From: Candidatus Latescibacterota bacterium
GTDB lineage: Bacteria; Latescibacterota; UBA2968; UBA8231
NCBI GenBank assembly: GCA_965248265.1
Contig: CBDFJF010000002.1
Span: forward strand, 2,208,001 to 2,272,000
DNA length: 64,000 bases
Direction of reading: 5' to 3'
In this document: positions 39,679 to 48,764 of the stretch, in pieces
How the letters are laid out: each line of letters opens with the position of its first letter
Position numbering within the stretch: the stretch's first letter is position 1
Notes under the pieces: model-generated
The model's database searches: none
Told to the model about the DNA's origin: nothing
The model's input: only the letters and a program-made list of their open reading frames with translations
Made by a program: the position numbers and the translations under genes

Positions 39679-40290
39679 TTATGACATACGGTTGGCCTTG
39701 GGTGAGCCGACCACGTAGTCGCCGCCGCTGGCCTTGGCTTGGTAGAGGCGGTCGCAGAGTTCGTTGTAGAGCTTGTCCGTCGTCTCGCTGATCTTCACTT
39801 TATCTATCTCACCAGTTATTTCGGCCGTGCCTACGCTACACGTCATACCCTTGAATTCAACCCCGTCGACGCTGAAGCTCTCATCTCTAAACAGATTTTT
39901 TACCGTCGCGGCACGACGCTTGGCATAGCCTTCGGTTTTAGTCGGGATCACGATGGCGAAGTTGGCGCCGTCGCAATGGTAGAGACGCTCACCGGACTCG
40001 AGTTGGTTCTTAAAAAATTGAGAAAACTGTTGGATGAGGTGGTCGCCAACGACCCGGCCATGGCCTTGGTTAATATCGCCGAGTTTATCGGGACAGATCA
40101 GCATGCAGGCGAGGGCGAAGGTCGAGCCCTTGTCCTTGATCAGCTCTTTGGGCAAGACGACCTGGAAGAGCATCAGATTGTTGGGCAACTTGGATAGACG
40201 GTTGACACCAGCCAACCGCATCCACTTCCGGTTTTCTTCCTCGAGTCGTTGGACGCGGGCTTTGAGCTGATTGAGAGATTGCTCGGCCAT
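39679..40290 (-). CDS. Degenerate GGDEF-domain protein with N-terminal coiled coil
   Basis: LSKLPN, INQGHGRVVGDHLI, HCDGANF in place of RxGGDEF, TCSVG, LYQAKASGGD. Confidence 0.75.
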   Translation of the reverse strand: MAEQSLNQLKARVQRLEEENRKWMRLAGVNRLSKLPNNLMLFQVVLPKELIKDKGSTFALACMLICPDKLGDINQGHGRVVGDHLIQQFSQFFKNQLESGERLYHCDGANFAIVIPTKTEGYAKRRAATVKNLFRDESFSVDGVEFKGMTCSVGTAEITGEIDKVKISETTDKLYNELCDRLYQAKASGGDYVVGSPKANRMS

Positions 40291-40449
40291 GGAGTTCTCG
40301 TTTGCGCTCTGCCTTGCGGATTACTGACACCGATGACGAGAATATATCGCTGCTGATGGCGTGCATCAAGATGTGATCGAGCGCAAGGAAGCGCATCCCT
40401 ATCAGGGCTCTTGAGGGCGCCATCCTCTATCAGCAAGAGCCCGAAGCAT

Positions 40450-41880
40450 TCACTGGCCGAACCCTCGAAAGCCAGGAACGACTCCCAATTCCTCGCGCAG
40501 CCCAAGGCATTCCACCTCCCACTGATCCACGCGCCGCCGCAGATCCGAGACCTCCGGCGGCTCCCGGCGCTTCCCGCTGCCGACCAGGTTCACTAGTTCC
40601 CCCGGATCCTGGAGCAAGTCGTAGGCCTCGTCACCGTAGTCTGGGTCTCGAACGTAGGAGAATGCCGCGGTGCGTACCCCCTGTACAAGCCCGGGATGCC
40701 TGCCGGCCAGCGGCAGGCCCGACGGCATCGTGGTCCCCAGCGAGCCGTGATACTCACCGACTTGAGCGAATACCGCATCGCGGAGAGGTCCGCGCAACCC
40801 GCCCCGGAGCCATGAAACCAGATCGTGGCCCTGCGCGTACGCGGGGACCGGTGCACCGGCGAGCGTCAGTATGGTCGGGAACAGGTCCACGTGGTCTACC
40901 AAGCCGGTAACCCTGCCGCCTCTGTTCCACTGGATATTCGCGGGAGGAACGATGATCAGCGGAACGTGAAGCAGACACTCGTACAGGGATTCGGTCTTGG
41001 TGAAGAGACCTTTCTCGCCGGCATAGTCGCCGTGATCAGAGCCGATAATGATCCAGGTGTTCTCGAGCAGTCCTCGTCGACCCATCTCTTCGCACAGGCG
41101 GCGCATCTGCGCATCGGCGTAGGCCAACATTCCCAGGTATACTGCCACCATCTTCACGATGTCGTTTTCAGTCGCCTTCTCCGTCCCCATCTGCTCGCGG
41201 GCCATGATCTGCCACTCTGGCCGGCCGCTCCCACCTTGCGCCGGAAGATCTACCGAGTCAGTCCGCACGAGGGTGTCATACGGTGGACTCGCAAAGTAGG
41301 GAGGATGCGCCTCGAGCAAGGCGAGGTGCAGGAAGTAGGGCGCGTCCGTCGATTCGATGCCGTCCAGTGCCTCGATGGTCCTGGAGACCAGCCGGTGGGC
41401 ATGGCCCTCCTCCGGGGGATATTCCAGGGTGCCTGAGGACCACCCGACGTCCGAGTCTCCGTGTGAATACCAGAGCTTGAGTGCCTCGCCGACCGGGCCG
41501 TTCTCCTTCATGCTGATCTGCTCCTGCCATCCGCGCGTCAGCTCCCTGTCGTGCTCGTAGTGTCCCACCGCCGCGGTGTAGTAGCCCTGGCTGTCGAGCA
41601 GCTCGGAGAGCTGCGGCAGATTGTCCGGTGCCCGGTTCTGGTGACAGGTCACCTGGTGGACCAGGGGATGAACACCGGTGAACACCGACGCTCGGGAGGG
41701 CGTGCAGATGGGGCTGGTGGAGTAGGCCTGCTCGAACGACGTCCCCCGAGCTGCCATGGCGGTCATGAACGGGGTCGGAAAATGAACCCCGGAGGCCGAG
41801 GCCTTTTGCTGGTCGGTCATCAGGTAGAGGATATTGGGACGGTTGCCTGCCCCGCGTCCGCGGCTGCGCTCAGGGGCCAT
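40450..41880 (-). CDS. Sulfatase (formylglycine-dependent, S1 family)
   Basis: PNILYLMTDQQ, CTPSRASVFTG signature, SDHGD, HVDLFPT, YDLLQDPGE. Confidence 0.92.
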   Translation of the reverse strand: MAPERSRGRGAGNRPNILYLMTDQQKASASGVHFPTPFMTAMAARGTSFEQAYSTSPICTPSRASVFTGVHPLVHQVTCHQNRAPDNLPQLSELLDSQGYYTAAVGHYEHDRELTRGWQEQISMKENGPVGEALKLWYSHGDSDVGWSSGTLEYPPEEGHAHRLVSRTIEALDGIESTDAPYFLHLALLEAHPPYFASPPYDTLVRTDSVDLPAQGGSGRPEWQIMAREQMGTEKATENDIVKMVAVYLGMLAYADAQMRRLCEEMGRRGLLENTWIIIGSDHGDYAGEKGLFTKTESLYECLLHVPLIIVPPANIQWNRGGRVTGLVDHVDLFPTILTLAGAPVPAYAQGHDLVSWLRGGLRGPLRDAVFAQVGEYHGSLGTTMPSGLPLAGRHPGLVQGVRTAAFSYVRDPDYGDEAYDLLQDPGELVNLVGSGKRREPPEVSDLRRRVDQWEVECLGLREELGVVPGFRGFGQ

Positions 41881-42017
41881 TTTCAGCTATTCCTTTGGCA
41901 AACTTGGTTCAAAAACACCCGCCGAGCACCCCCGCGTGCGACCGCCGTGCTGAGCGGCCCGAGGGCACGCATGCGCCAGGTCTAGCTGATCATACACACT
42001 ACTCGGTTTGCTGCGCG

Positions 42018-42965
42018 TCAGCCGTCTTGGTCCGAGGTGGCGAGTCGGAAACCCACAGTCTCCCGCGTATGCGTCTCCGGCGCGCTGCTGCGATGCGTCG
42101 TGCGTACATTGGGTCGAGTCTCGCCGAAGAACCCCCCGCGGATCACTCGTTCCTGACCGCCCTCCGGTCCTTTCGGGTTAACGGCCGGACTGAACTGGTA
42201 GTAGCTCTCTTCGTAGTAATCCCAACACCACTCGTAGACGTTGCCAGACATGTCCCAGACTCCGAACGGGCTGCGGCCCAAAGGAAACTCGTCGACGGGC
42301 AAGGTCGTGCCCACCATGTTGTTGGAGTTGCAGCGCTCGCCATCAACGAATCGGTTGCCCCAGGGGTACAGACGTTCATCGTCGCCGCGCGCCGCAAATT
42401 CCCATTCGGCTTCGGTGGGCAATCGAGCGCCCATCCAGTCGGCGTACGCTCTGGCATCGTGGTAAGAGACGTTGACGACAGGATGCCGCGCCAACCCGGC
42501 GGGATAGGTTCCCCTCTGCCAGTGGATCGGTGTGACTTGACCGGTGCAATTGACGAACTCGCGGTAGTCTTGGTTCGTCACCGGATAGGTGTCGATGTAG
42601 AAGGAGGATAGTTGGACCAGGTGAGAGGGGCGCTCATTGTCCGGTGAGTCTTCCTCGCGGCCCCCCATCGAGAACGAACCTCCTTCGATGTGGATCATCC
42701 TCCTCTTGTTGGCTTCGGGCAGCAACTCTACCCGGGCCTGCTCGAGCTCCTCCATCTGCAGATCAACATCATCCTGACGACTCATTATCTGAACAACATC
42801 CTCTTTGATCTTGCCCAAACGCACTTCCATTTCCCGCCGCCGAGTCTCCTGGTGGTCGATCGCCTCCATAAGCTTCTTCGACGGTTTGTTAAAATCTAGC
42901 AGGAGCATGACAAAGTACAGACTGACAGCACAGGTCAATATCCACCACATCCAGCTGTCAGCCAT
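42018..42965 (-). CDS. Membrane-anchored SUMF1/EgtB/PvdO (FGE-sulfatase fold) protein
   Basis: N-terminal TM + coiled coil; HPVVNVS, RLPTEAEWEFAARG, DMSGNVYEW, RGG..VGFRL; lacks the catalytic FGE cysteines. Confidence 0.85.
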   Translation of the reverse strand: MADSWMWWILTCAVSLYFVMLLLDFNKPSKKLMEAIDHQETRRREMEVRLGKIKEDVVQIMSRQDDVDLQMEELEQARVELLPEANKRRMIHIEGGSFSMGGREEDSPDNERPSHLVQLSSFYIDTYPVTNQDYREFVNCTGQVTPIHWQRGTYPAGLARHPVVNVSYHDARAYADWMGARLPTEAEWEFAARGDDERLYPWGNRFVDGERCNSNNMVGTTLPVDEFPLGRSPFGVWDMSGNVYEWCWDYYEESYYQFSPAVNPKGPEGGQERVIRGGFFGETRPNVRTTHRSSAPETHTRETVGFRLATSDQDG

Positions 42966-43039
42966 AACTGATTTCTCCTGTAGGGATCTCGTCCACTAAC
43001 GCCAGGTATTTTCAGAATACCGTAAGCGCTTGTTTTCAT

Positions 43040-43100
43040 TGGTGCCCGAAGTCCGGACTCGAACAGGCACGGGCTGTTATGCCCAACGGATTTTAAGTCC
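43040..43100 (-). tRNA. tRNA-Leu(TAA) 3' fragment (anticodon arm to CCA); att-site relic, not a full tRNA
   Basis: Minus strand reads ggacTTAAAAtccgttgggcataacagcccgtgcctGTTCGAGTccggacttcgggcaCCA; no D-arm or 5' acceptor strand upstream. Confidence 0.8.
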
Positions 43101-43323
43101 AAAATCGACCCTTGTAGGCCGCTGGGCAAGATCCAACTGAGCCACTTCTGACTCGATCCGTCCGCTGTCCCAATCCTCCACAGTAGCAATGCGCGGGCCG
43201 CCGGTCACGTGAATGTGACCGACGGAGCGCACGATGTGGGCGGCGGCCTCGTGGTTGTGGGTCCCCGCCCTCATCGGATCCAGGTAGAACGCGCTCGAAG
43301 GCCTCCTCGAGCCGTGGCCTTCG

Positions 43324-44502
43324 CTAGGCGCGCTGCGGCCGCACCGCGAGGGCAAGACTCGAAGACCACACCAGCGGCGCCACAGTCGTGGCGGCCATGG
43401 CCCAGCGCAGTCCGACGAAATCCGCCGTCATGCCGAAGGCGACCGGTCCGGTGAGGGCGCCGAGCAGACCCACGCTGTTGAGGGTGGCGAACATGGCACT
43501 GCCGGCCGTCGGGAAGCGGTCCCCGGCATGGCCGTTGACCGACGGATAGATGCCCGATACGGCGAAGCCGAGCACGGAAAGCCAGGCCACCACGGCGAGT
43601 GGGTGATCGTGCCAGGCGGCCAACGGGGCGCTGATCAGGCAGGCCAGGCCGGCGGCGAGGACGACGGTCCGCAATCCGAAACGGCGCACCGCACGTGGCA
43701 TCGTCAATCGGCCCACGGCCATCACCAGTGCGTAGACCAGCAGGCCGACGGCGCCGAATGAGCGGCTGCTGCCGATGCCGATCTCGAGATAATAAGGCAG
43801 CCATTGGGCGGCAGTCACTTCGGTGATGGTCGTGAAGAACAGACCCAGGATCAGAAGTTTGAAGCTCGCGTGACGGGCTATCTCCCAGAACGAGATGCGC
43901 TCGCCCGACCGTTCCGCTCGCGCCGCCCGCCGTCCGGGCATGCATTTGAGCAGGGCCACAGGCGCATACAGCAACATCAAAACGGCGAACAGTCCGAAGA
44001 GGCTGCGCCAACCGACGTCGAGTTGGTAGGCCACCAGCACGAGCAACAGGATGACGCACACGCCGATATACCAGCTGGCGTGGTGGATGCTGGCGACGCG
44101 GACGCGATTCTCGGCATACAGGTCGCACACGAGAGCCGTCATCGGCGCCGACACCATGCCGCGCCCCAGTCCCGTGATCGTGCCTCCCGCCAGCGCGTGC
44201 AGTGGCTCGCTCGCCGCCGCGACGAGGACGAGACCGGCGGCCTGCAGCAGCGAGCTGACCAGCATCTGCAATCGGTACCCGAGCCGATCGACCAGCCACC
44301 CGGAGCCGAGGCTGGTGAGTGCCGAGCTGCACACGGGCGAGCTCAGGAACAGTCCCTTGTACAGCTCGGTGTCCATTCCGAGTTCGGCGGCGATGACGCT
44401 GAGGCACGAGGCGGCCCCCAGCATCATCATGCTGCCGGCGGCCATCGTGTAACAGGCGACGGCCAGGATGATCCCGCGCGAATCCGGCGCGCATGGTGTC
44501 AT
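43324..44502 (-). CDS. MFS transporter
   Basis: About 12 TM segments; motif A GWLVDRLGYR. Confidence 0.88.
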   Translation of the reverse strand: MTPCAPDSRGIILAVACYTMAAGSMMMLGAASCLSVIAAELGMDTELYKGLFLSSPVCSSALTSLGSGWLVDRLGYRLQMLVSSLLQAAGLVLVAAASEPLHALAGGTITGLGRGMVSAPMTALVCDLYAENRVRVASIHHASWYIGVCVILLLVLVAYQLDVGWRSLFGLFAVLMLLYAPVALLKCMPGRRAARAERSGERISFWEIARHASFKLLILGLFFTTITEVTAAQWLPYYLEIGIGSSRSFGAVGLLVYALVMAVGRLTMPRAVRRFGLRTVVLAAGLACLISAPLAAWHDHPLAVVAWLSVLGFAVSGIYPSVNGHAGDRFPTAGSAMFATLNSVGLLGALTGPVAFGMTADFVGLRWAMAATTVAPLVWSSSLALAVRPQRA

Positions 44503-44563
44503 TCTCTCCGATCCCCTTGATTTGCCCGACGGAAACGTTGTCTGATCACCAGCCCGGCAGCTG

Positions 44564-45322
44564 TCAGAGCTTCCCCTCCGCTTCCCGCTGGGCCGCAAGC
44601 TGCCTGCGGTAGGCATCCCGCCGCTGTGTGTCTATGATGGCGCGCTTTGCGTGATAGACAAAACCGAGTGCAGTTCGGGGCCGATCGCTGGGATTGGCAT
44701 CGGCGCGGTGGATGATCAAACTGTGGTGGACGATGAGATCCCCGGGCTCGACGATCATCGACACCTCGGCGGCAAAATCTTCATCGCCGAAATCCGTGAT
44801 ACCCTGAGAGAACCCGATGACCCCGCTCCGTCTGTGAGGTCTCAAACCGCGCCGGTGAGAGCCTGGGATATAGCGGATGCAGCCATTCTCTTCGTCTGCG
44901 GCGTCGATCGCCAGCCACATCGTCAGCGCCTCGTTCGGCTCCAGCATGAAATAGAACCCGTCCTGGTGAGGCGGGGTCGCCTGGCCGATCCGCGGTGGTT
45001 TGCTCATCCACTGCATCGCCGACTCTCGGGCTCCGTCCAGGAGGTGATGGGCAAGTCCGAAGAACTGTTCGTCGTTGTAGAGCTCGTTGAAGTAGTCGTC
45101 GTGCTCCGCCATCGCGCTCAGGCGCATGATGGTCTCGGTATCGTCCTTGACTTCGTAGAACGCCTCGTCATTCGGCAGCCCTGGCAATACGTCGGTCACG
45201 TAACGCTCGACATTTTCGCGCACCTGTGCGGTTTCCTCCGCACTCAAGTAGTTGCGCAGGATGATGTACCCATCCCGGTCGAAGTCCCGTTTGATCTTTT
45301 CTGCGTTCTGTTTCCAGTCCAT
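44564..45322 (-). CDS. PhyH family dioxygenase
   Basis: FDRDGY, TPPHQDGFY, ENGCIRYIPGSH, IIHRADAN. Confidence 0.9.
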   Translation of the reverse strand: MDWKQNAEKIKRDFDRDGYIILRNYLSAEETAQVRENVERYVTDVLPGLPNDEAFYEVKDDTETIMRLSAMAEHDDYFNELYNDEQFFGLAHHLLDGARESAMQWMSKPPRIGQATPPHQDGFYFMLEPNEALTMWLAIDAADEENGCIRYIPGSHRRGLRPHRRSGVIGFSQGITDFGDEDFAAEVSMIVEPGDLIVHHSLIIHRADANPSDRPRTALGFVYHAKRAIIDTQRRDAYRRQLAAQREAEGKL

Positions 45323-45558
45323 AGCGATTCGCCTCTGCGATATTCTTGACCACATTATTTGCCTGAAGGTTGCCGAGTTGCTGCGTTTACGCAAACGCCG
45401 CGAGAAGAGGTCTCACTTGGTACTGTGCCGAGACTGCGTCACTCTTGCTGGCGGAGCACAGTGGCTATAATACTCAGACGCGAGCGACGTACCGTGTCTG
45501 CCAAGCCGCCAGACGCGGGTCGTCGCAGTGGTTTTTACCAAAACAGCCGAGGTGTCCC

Positions 45559-46119
45559 ATGCTGAATGAATATCAGGAATTCAACTATCACACCATCAGA
45601 AGCTTCACCACGTATGCCTGCAAGGTGGACGACGACACCGTGGAGAAGGAGATCAGTTTTCACGTCATGCTAGGGCCCCACACCGAGCGCAAGCAGGACA
45701 CGTTTCCGGTTTACCGCATACCGGAAGGCAAGATGGTGTGGCTGAGCGACTGGTCGTTCAATGCGGGGAATGTCAAATGTCCCGAGCTCTCCGTCGGCGG
45801 CAGCCTCGGCCGAATTTGCGGTGAAGGTCGGTACATCTACGTCCTCAACTGTGCCCTGGAAGCCGGCGAAATGGAGATCTTCTCGCCAGCGCGATCGATC
45901 CGCTACCTGGCCGACGAATGGTTGGCAGTATGCTTTCACCACATGGGGGTTCCCATGGATCTGGGTGTTCGCGCGACTTTCCGGTTCACGGAAGTCGCGG
46001 GCCCCGACAAACCCTTCGAGACCGAAACCTTCAACTGGCAAGCCAGGACTGAAAGTGAGCGCTTCCCTCCGGCACACATGGCGAAGACAGCATGTTATCA
46101 CCAGCGGGCTTCTATCTAA
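45559..46119 (+). CDS. Hypothetical protein
   Basis: RBS gaggtg, ATG, 186 aa with coding-like codon bias; no recognisable motif. Confidence 0.55.
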   Translation: MLNEYQEFNYHTIRSFTTYACKVDDDTVEKEISFHVMLGPHTERKQDTFPVYRIPEGKMVWLSDWSFNAGNVKCPELSVGGSLGRICGEGRYIYVLNCALEAGEMEIFSPARSIRYLADEWLAVCFHHMGVPMDLGVRATFRFTEVAGPDKPFETETFNWQARTESERFPPAHMAKTACYHQRASI

Positions 46120-46676
46120 GACAGCTCGAGGGGAGTCAGGGCTTCGATCTCGGCGGCCTTGTCACTCTGCAGGCCAAGCCAAAAATCAGCGGGCATACCA
46201 AGTAGCCGTGCCAGTCTGAGCGCTGTATCGGGCGTTACCGAGCGGCGAGCCTTGATGATCTCATTGAGACGAGGAAAGGATACGCCAAGACGAGCGGCGA
46301 AGGCCGTCTGCGTGATGCCGAGAGGCTCAATGAACTCCGCCCGCAGCATCTCTCCCGGATGGGTCGGCGCGCGTTCGCTAGGCAGGCGGCGCGAGACAGG
46401 CGCGTTTGCCCGCTTAGTGGTAGTCGATGATCTGGACTTCGTACGCATGGCCATCCTCCCACGGAAACAGATACGATATTGTTGGTTGATCCGAATGCTG
46501 TATTGACCCCGACGATCTCCACGCAGCGACTCAAGTCGGTTCCTGGGAGGAATCGATAGATGTCGAAGATCCCGAATCCGATTGATCTGATCGAGTTTAC
46601 GTCGCGCAGTTGTCCATAGCGTGGATGGACAGACGGCACGTGCTGCCCGTGAGTTTCGAGAATGCGTCGTCGACAA
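46116..46676 (-). pseudogene. higBA: Degenerate HigB (RelE-like toxin)-HigA (XRE antitoxin) module fused by a frameshift
   Basis: [37 protein letters not shown]; the natural end [15 protein letters not shown] is in another frame; [29 protein letters not shown]. Confidence 0.85.
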
Positions 46677-46761
46677 CGCTTCTCGTTGTAGAACTCGAGT
46701 GACTTGTCGAAGTCGCTGCAGACGATGGCGATGTCGCGACCTGGTGAGATTGTTTGATCAT
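46677..46761 (-). pseudogene. VOC/glyoxalase family N-terminal fragment
   Basis: RBS ggagg + MIKQSH, then after a frameshift [19 protein letters not shown]; joined directly to the truncated higB. Confidence 0.5.
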
Positions 46762-46774
46762 CCTGGCGTACCTC

Positions 46775-47698
46775 CTAGCGTTCGTATTCGTGCAGATCGT
46801 GGATCCATTTGAAGCCACGACCTGAAAGCGCGTATGCACCTCCCATGGCGAAGATCTTTTCACCAACTGCGCAGGCCGCCAGCCACGCCTTGGCCACCGG
46901 CATCGGAGTCTCGACAGTCCATGAGTCGCCGGCGATGTCGTAGACCTCGTTCGAATCGCGGTAGAGCGGATCGCGGCCGCCAAACGTGTAGATCTTGCCG
47001 TCGACAGCCGTGATGCCGCACGATTCGCGGCCCGTCGGCATCGGCGCCAGCTCCTCCCACTTGCCAACGCCCGGATCGATTGCGAGCAGCTCGCTGCGAA
47101 ACTGATTGTCCGGGTCCTCGTCACTGAGGCCCCCGGCCGCGTAGATCACGCCATCGACCGTTACGACACCCGGCCCCTGTATCGGCCTCGGCAGCGTCGG
47201 GCCGTCAGTCCACTCGGCCATCTGCGGGTCGTAGATCTCGACGCGGTCGACGATTCTCTGATCGCTGGGGTCCATCGTGTTGCCGCCAATCACCCAGATT
47301 CTGCCGTTGCAGGCGGTGACCGCAACGCCGGCTCGGTGACCCAGCGGCATGGGTTCCAGCACGGACCACTGCTGAGTCGCCGGATCAAGAACCTCCAGCG
47401 AATCGCGCGACAGGAAATGGTAGTCGATGCCCGTGCGCTGGCGCATCTCGGGCGTTTGAACCGTCTTGCCGCCGGCGACATAGATCTTGCCGTCGAGCAC
47501 GTCGGCTCCCAGCCAGCCTCGTGCCGTTGGTATCGGCGGTCCTTGCGACCACGCCCCGTCTACGACATCGTAGATCTCGACGACATCGAGGGTGAGATCG
47601 GCGTGGCCTGAAATGGCGTAGATCGACCCGTCGACGGCGACGGATTGCAGGTCGTGCCGCGGCGACGGCATCGAACGTCTCTCGATCCACTGTCCCAT
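46775..47698 (-). CDS. Kelch-repeat (six-bladed propeller) protein
   Basis: Six repeats of DGxIYxxGG...EIYD...W..PMP; RBS aggag. Confidence 0.9.
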   Translation of the reverse strand: MGQWIERRSMPSPRHDLQSVAVDGSIYAISGHADLTLDVVEIYDVVDGAWSQGPPIPTARGWLGADVLDGKIYVAGGKTVQTPEMRQRTGIDYHFLSRDSLEVLDPATQQWSVLEPMPLGHRAGVAVTACNGRIWVIGGNTMDPSDQRIVDRVEIYDPQMAEWTDGPTLPRPIQGPGVVTVDGVIYAAGGLSDEDPDNQFRSELLAIDPGVGKWEELAPMPTGRESCGITAVDGKIYTFGGRDPLYRDSNEVYDIAGDSWTVETPMPVAKAWLAACAVGEKIFAMGGAYALSGRGFKWIHDLHEYER

Positions 47699-47942
47699 TG
47701 GTGCTCCTGCTCTTTCGGTCATCAGATACGGGCTGAGCGCAGTGGCGAAGATAGCCGTAGCGTCTGTCACCAACAAGCGTCTTGAAAGCCTCGAAGGCAG
47801 CGTGTACACTTGCGGCGACCACCATAACAACAGGTTCACAAGTTCGAGCGCGATGGGTTCGTCGGGACTGCAGCCGGTCTGCTTCCGCGACCTCGGACCC
47901 TCATCGTTCCGTAACGTTGTCTGCAGAGCAAGGAGGCAACTG

Positions 47943-48707
47943 ATGTTGACCGACCAGCAAAAGCGCGAATTCCACACTTTGGGCTGCCTGCTGCTGAAGG
48001 GCTTCATTCCGCCCGATGAGATGCAGGGATACATCGACGACTTCGACGATACGATGACGTCGGCCAACGGCGGCGTGCCGTGGGACAAGGCTCCCAAGCG
48101 GCAGCAGGTGGTGCCGTTCTATCGCGAGAACCCGGTGGTCTATCACCGCCTGCTCGACAACCCGGCGCTCTTCGAGCTGGTGGAGGATCTGCTCGGGCCG
48201 GATTTCGTGTTCAGCGTGTCCGAGGGGATCCAGCATTTCGGGGGTACGCGCTGGCACCATGACGCGATCAGTCCCGAGGGCCACATCCATCTCAAGGTCG
48301 TGTTCTTTCTCGATCCGGTGCGCGCCGATACCGGCTGTCTTCAGATCTTGCCGGGGACGCATTTCAAACCGTACCGCGACATGCTGAAAGAGAATGGAGA
48401 ACAGATCCTCGAGCGCGGCGCCGACGTACCCGGCGCACACGCGCTCGAAGCAGACCCGGGCGACGCCGTCGTCTTCATCGTCAAGTGTTACCACGGTGCG
48501 TTTGGCGATGCGCCGCGCCGCGGCATCTACCTGAACTTCATGCAGAAGCCGACGAAGTCAGAGCAGGAGGAGTACATCACCGGACTGTACGCCAACGATG
48601 GCTCGCGGGGCTGGGCCTACTACACACCGGAGCTGTTCGAGGATGCGACGCCGCAACGGATGAAGATGCTCTCCTTTCTGAAGGAGACGTGTTACCAGGC
48701 GCCCTGA
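47943..48707 (+). CDS. PhyH family dioxygenase
   Basis: LTDQQKREFHTLG, WHHD, GCLQILPGTH, PGDAVVF..YHGA; RBS aggagg. Confidence 0.88.
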   Translation: MLTDQQKREFHTLGCLLLKGFIPPDEMQGYIDDFDDTMTSANGGVPWDKAPKRQQVVPFYRENPVVYHRLLDNPALFELVEDLLGPDFVFSVSEGIQHFGGTRWHHDAISPEGHIHLKVVFFLDPVRADTGCLQILPGTHFKPYRDMLKENGEQILERGADVPGAHALEADPGDAVVFIVKCYHGAFGDAPRRGIYLNFMQKPTKSEQEEYITGLYANDGSRGWAYYTPELFEDATPQRMKMLSFLKETCYQAP

Positions 48708-48764
48708 GTGCAGGCGTATCGCCGAGAGGATTCCATCCGTACCTCTTTACAGAAGGACATACCC

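Noticed and set aside
42018-42200. FGE-sulfatase/CLec C-terminus as a diversity-generating retroelement target
   Set aside because: No template repeat and no reverse transcriptase seen in the window.
40450-42965. Sulfatase plus its activating formylglycine-generating enzyme
   Set aside because: The SUMF1-like protein lacks the catalytic cysteines after RGG and is membrane-anchored, so adjacency does not show activation.
43040-43100. Functional tRNA-Leu gene
   Set aside because: The 5' acceptor strand and D-arm are absent and the T stem is mismatched.
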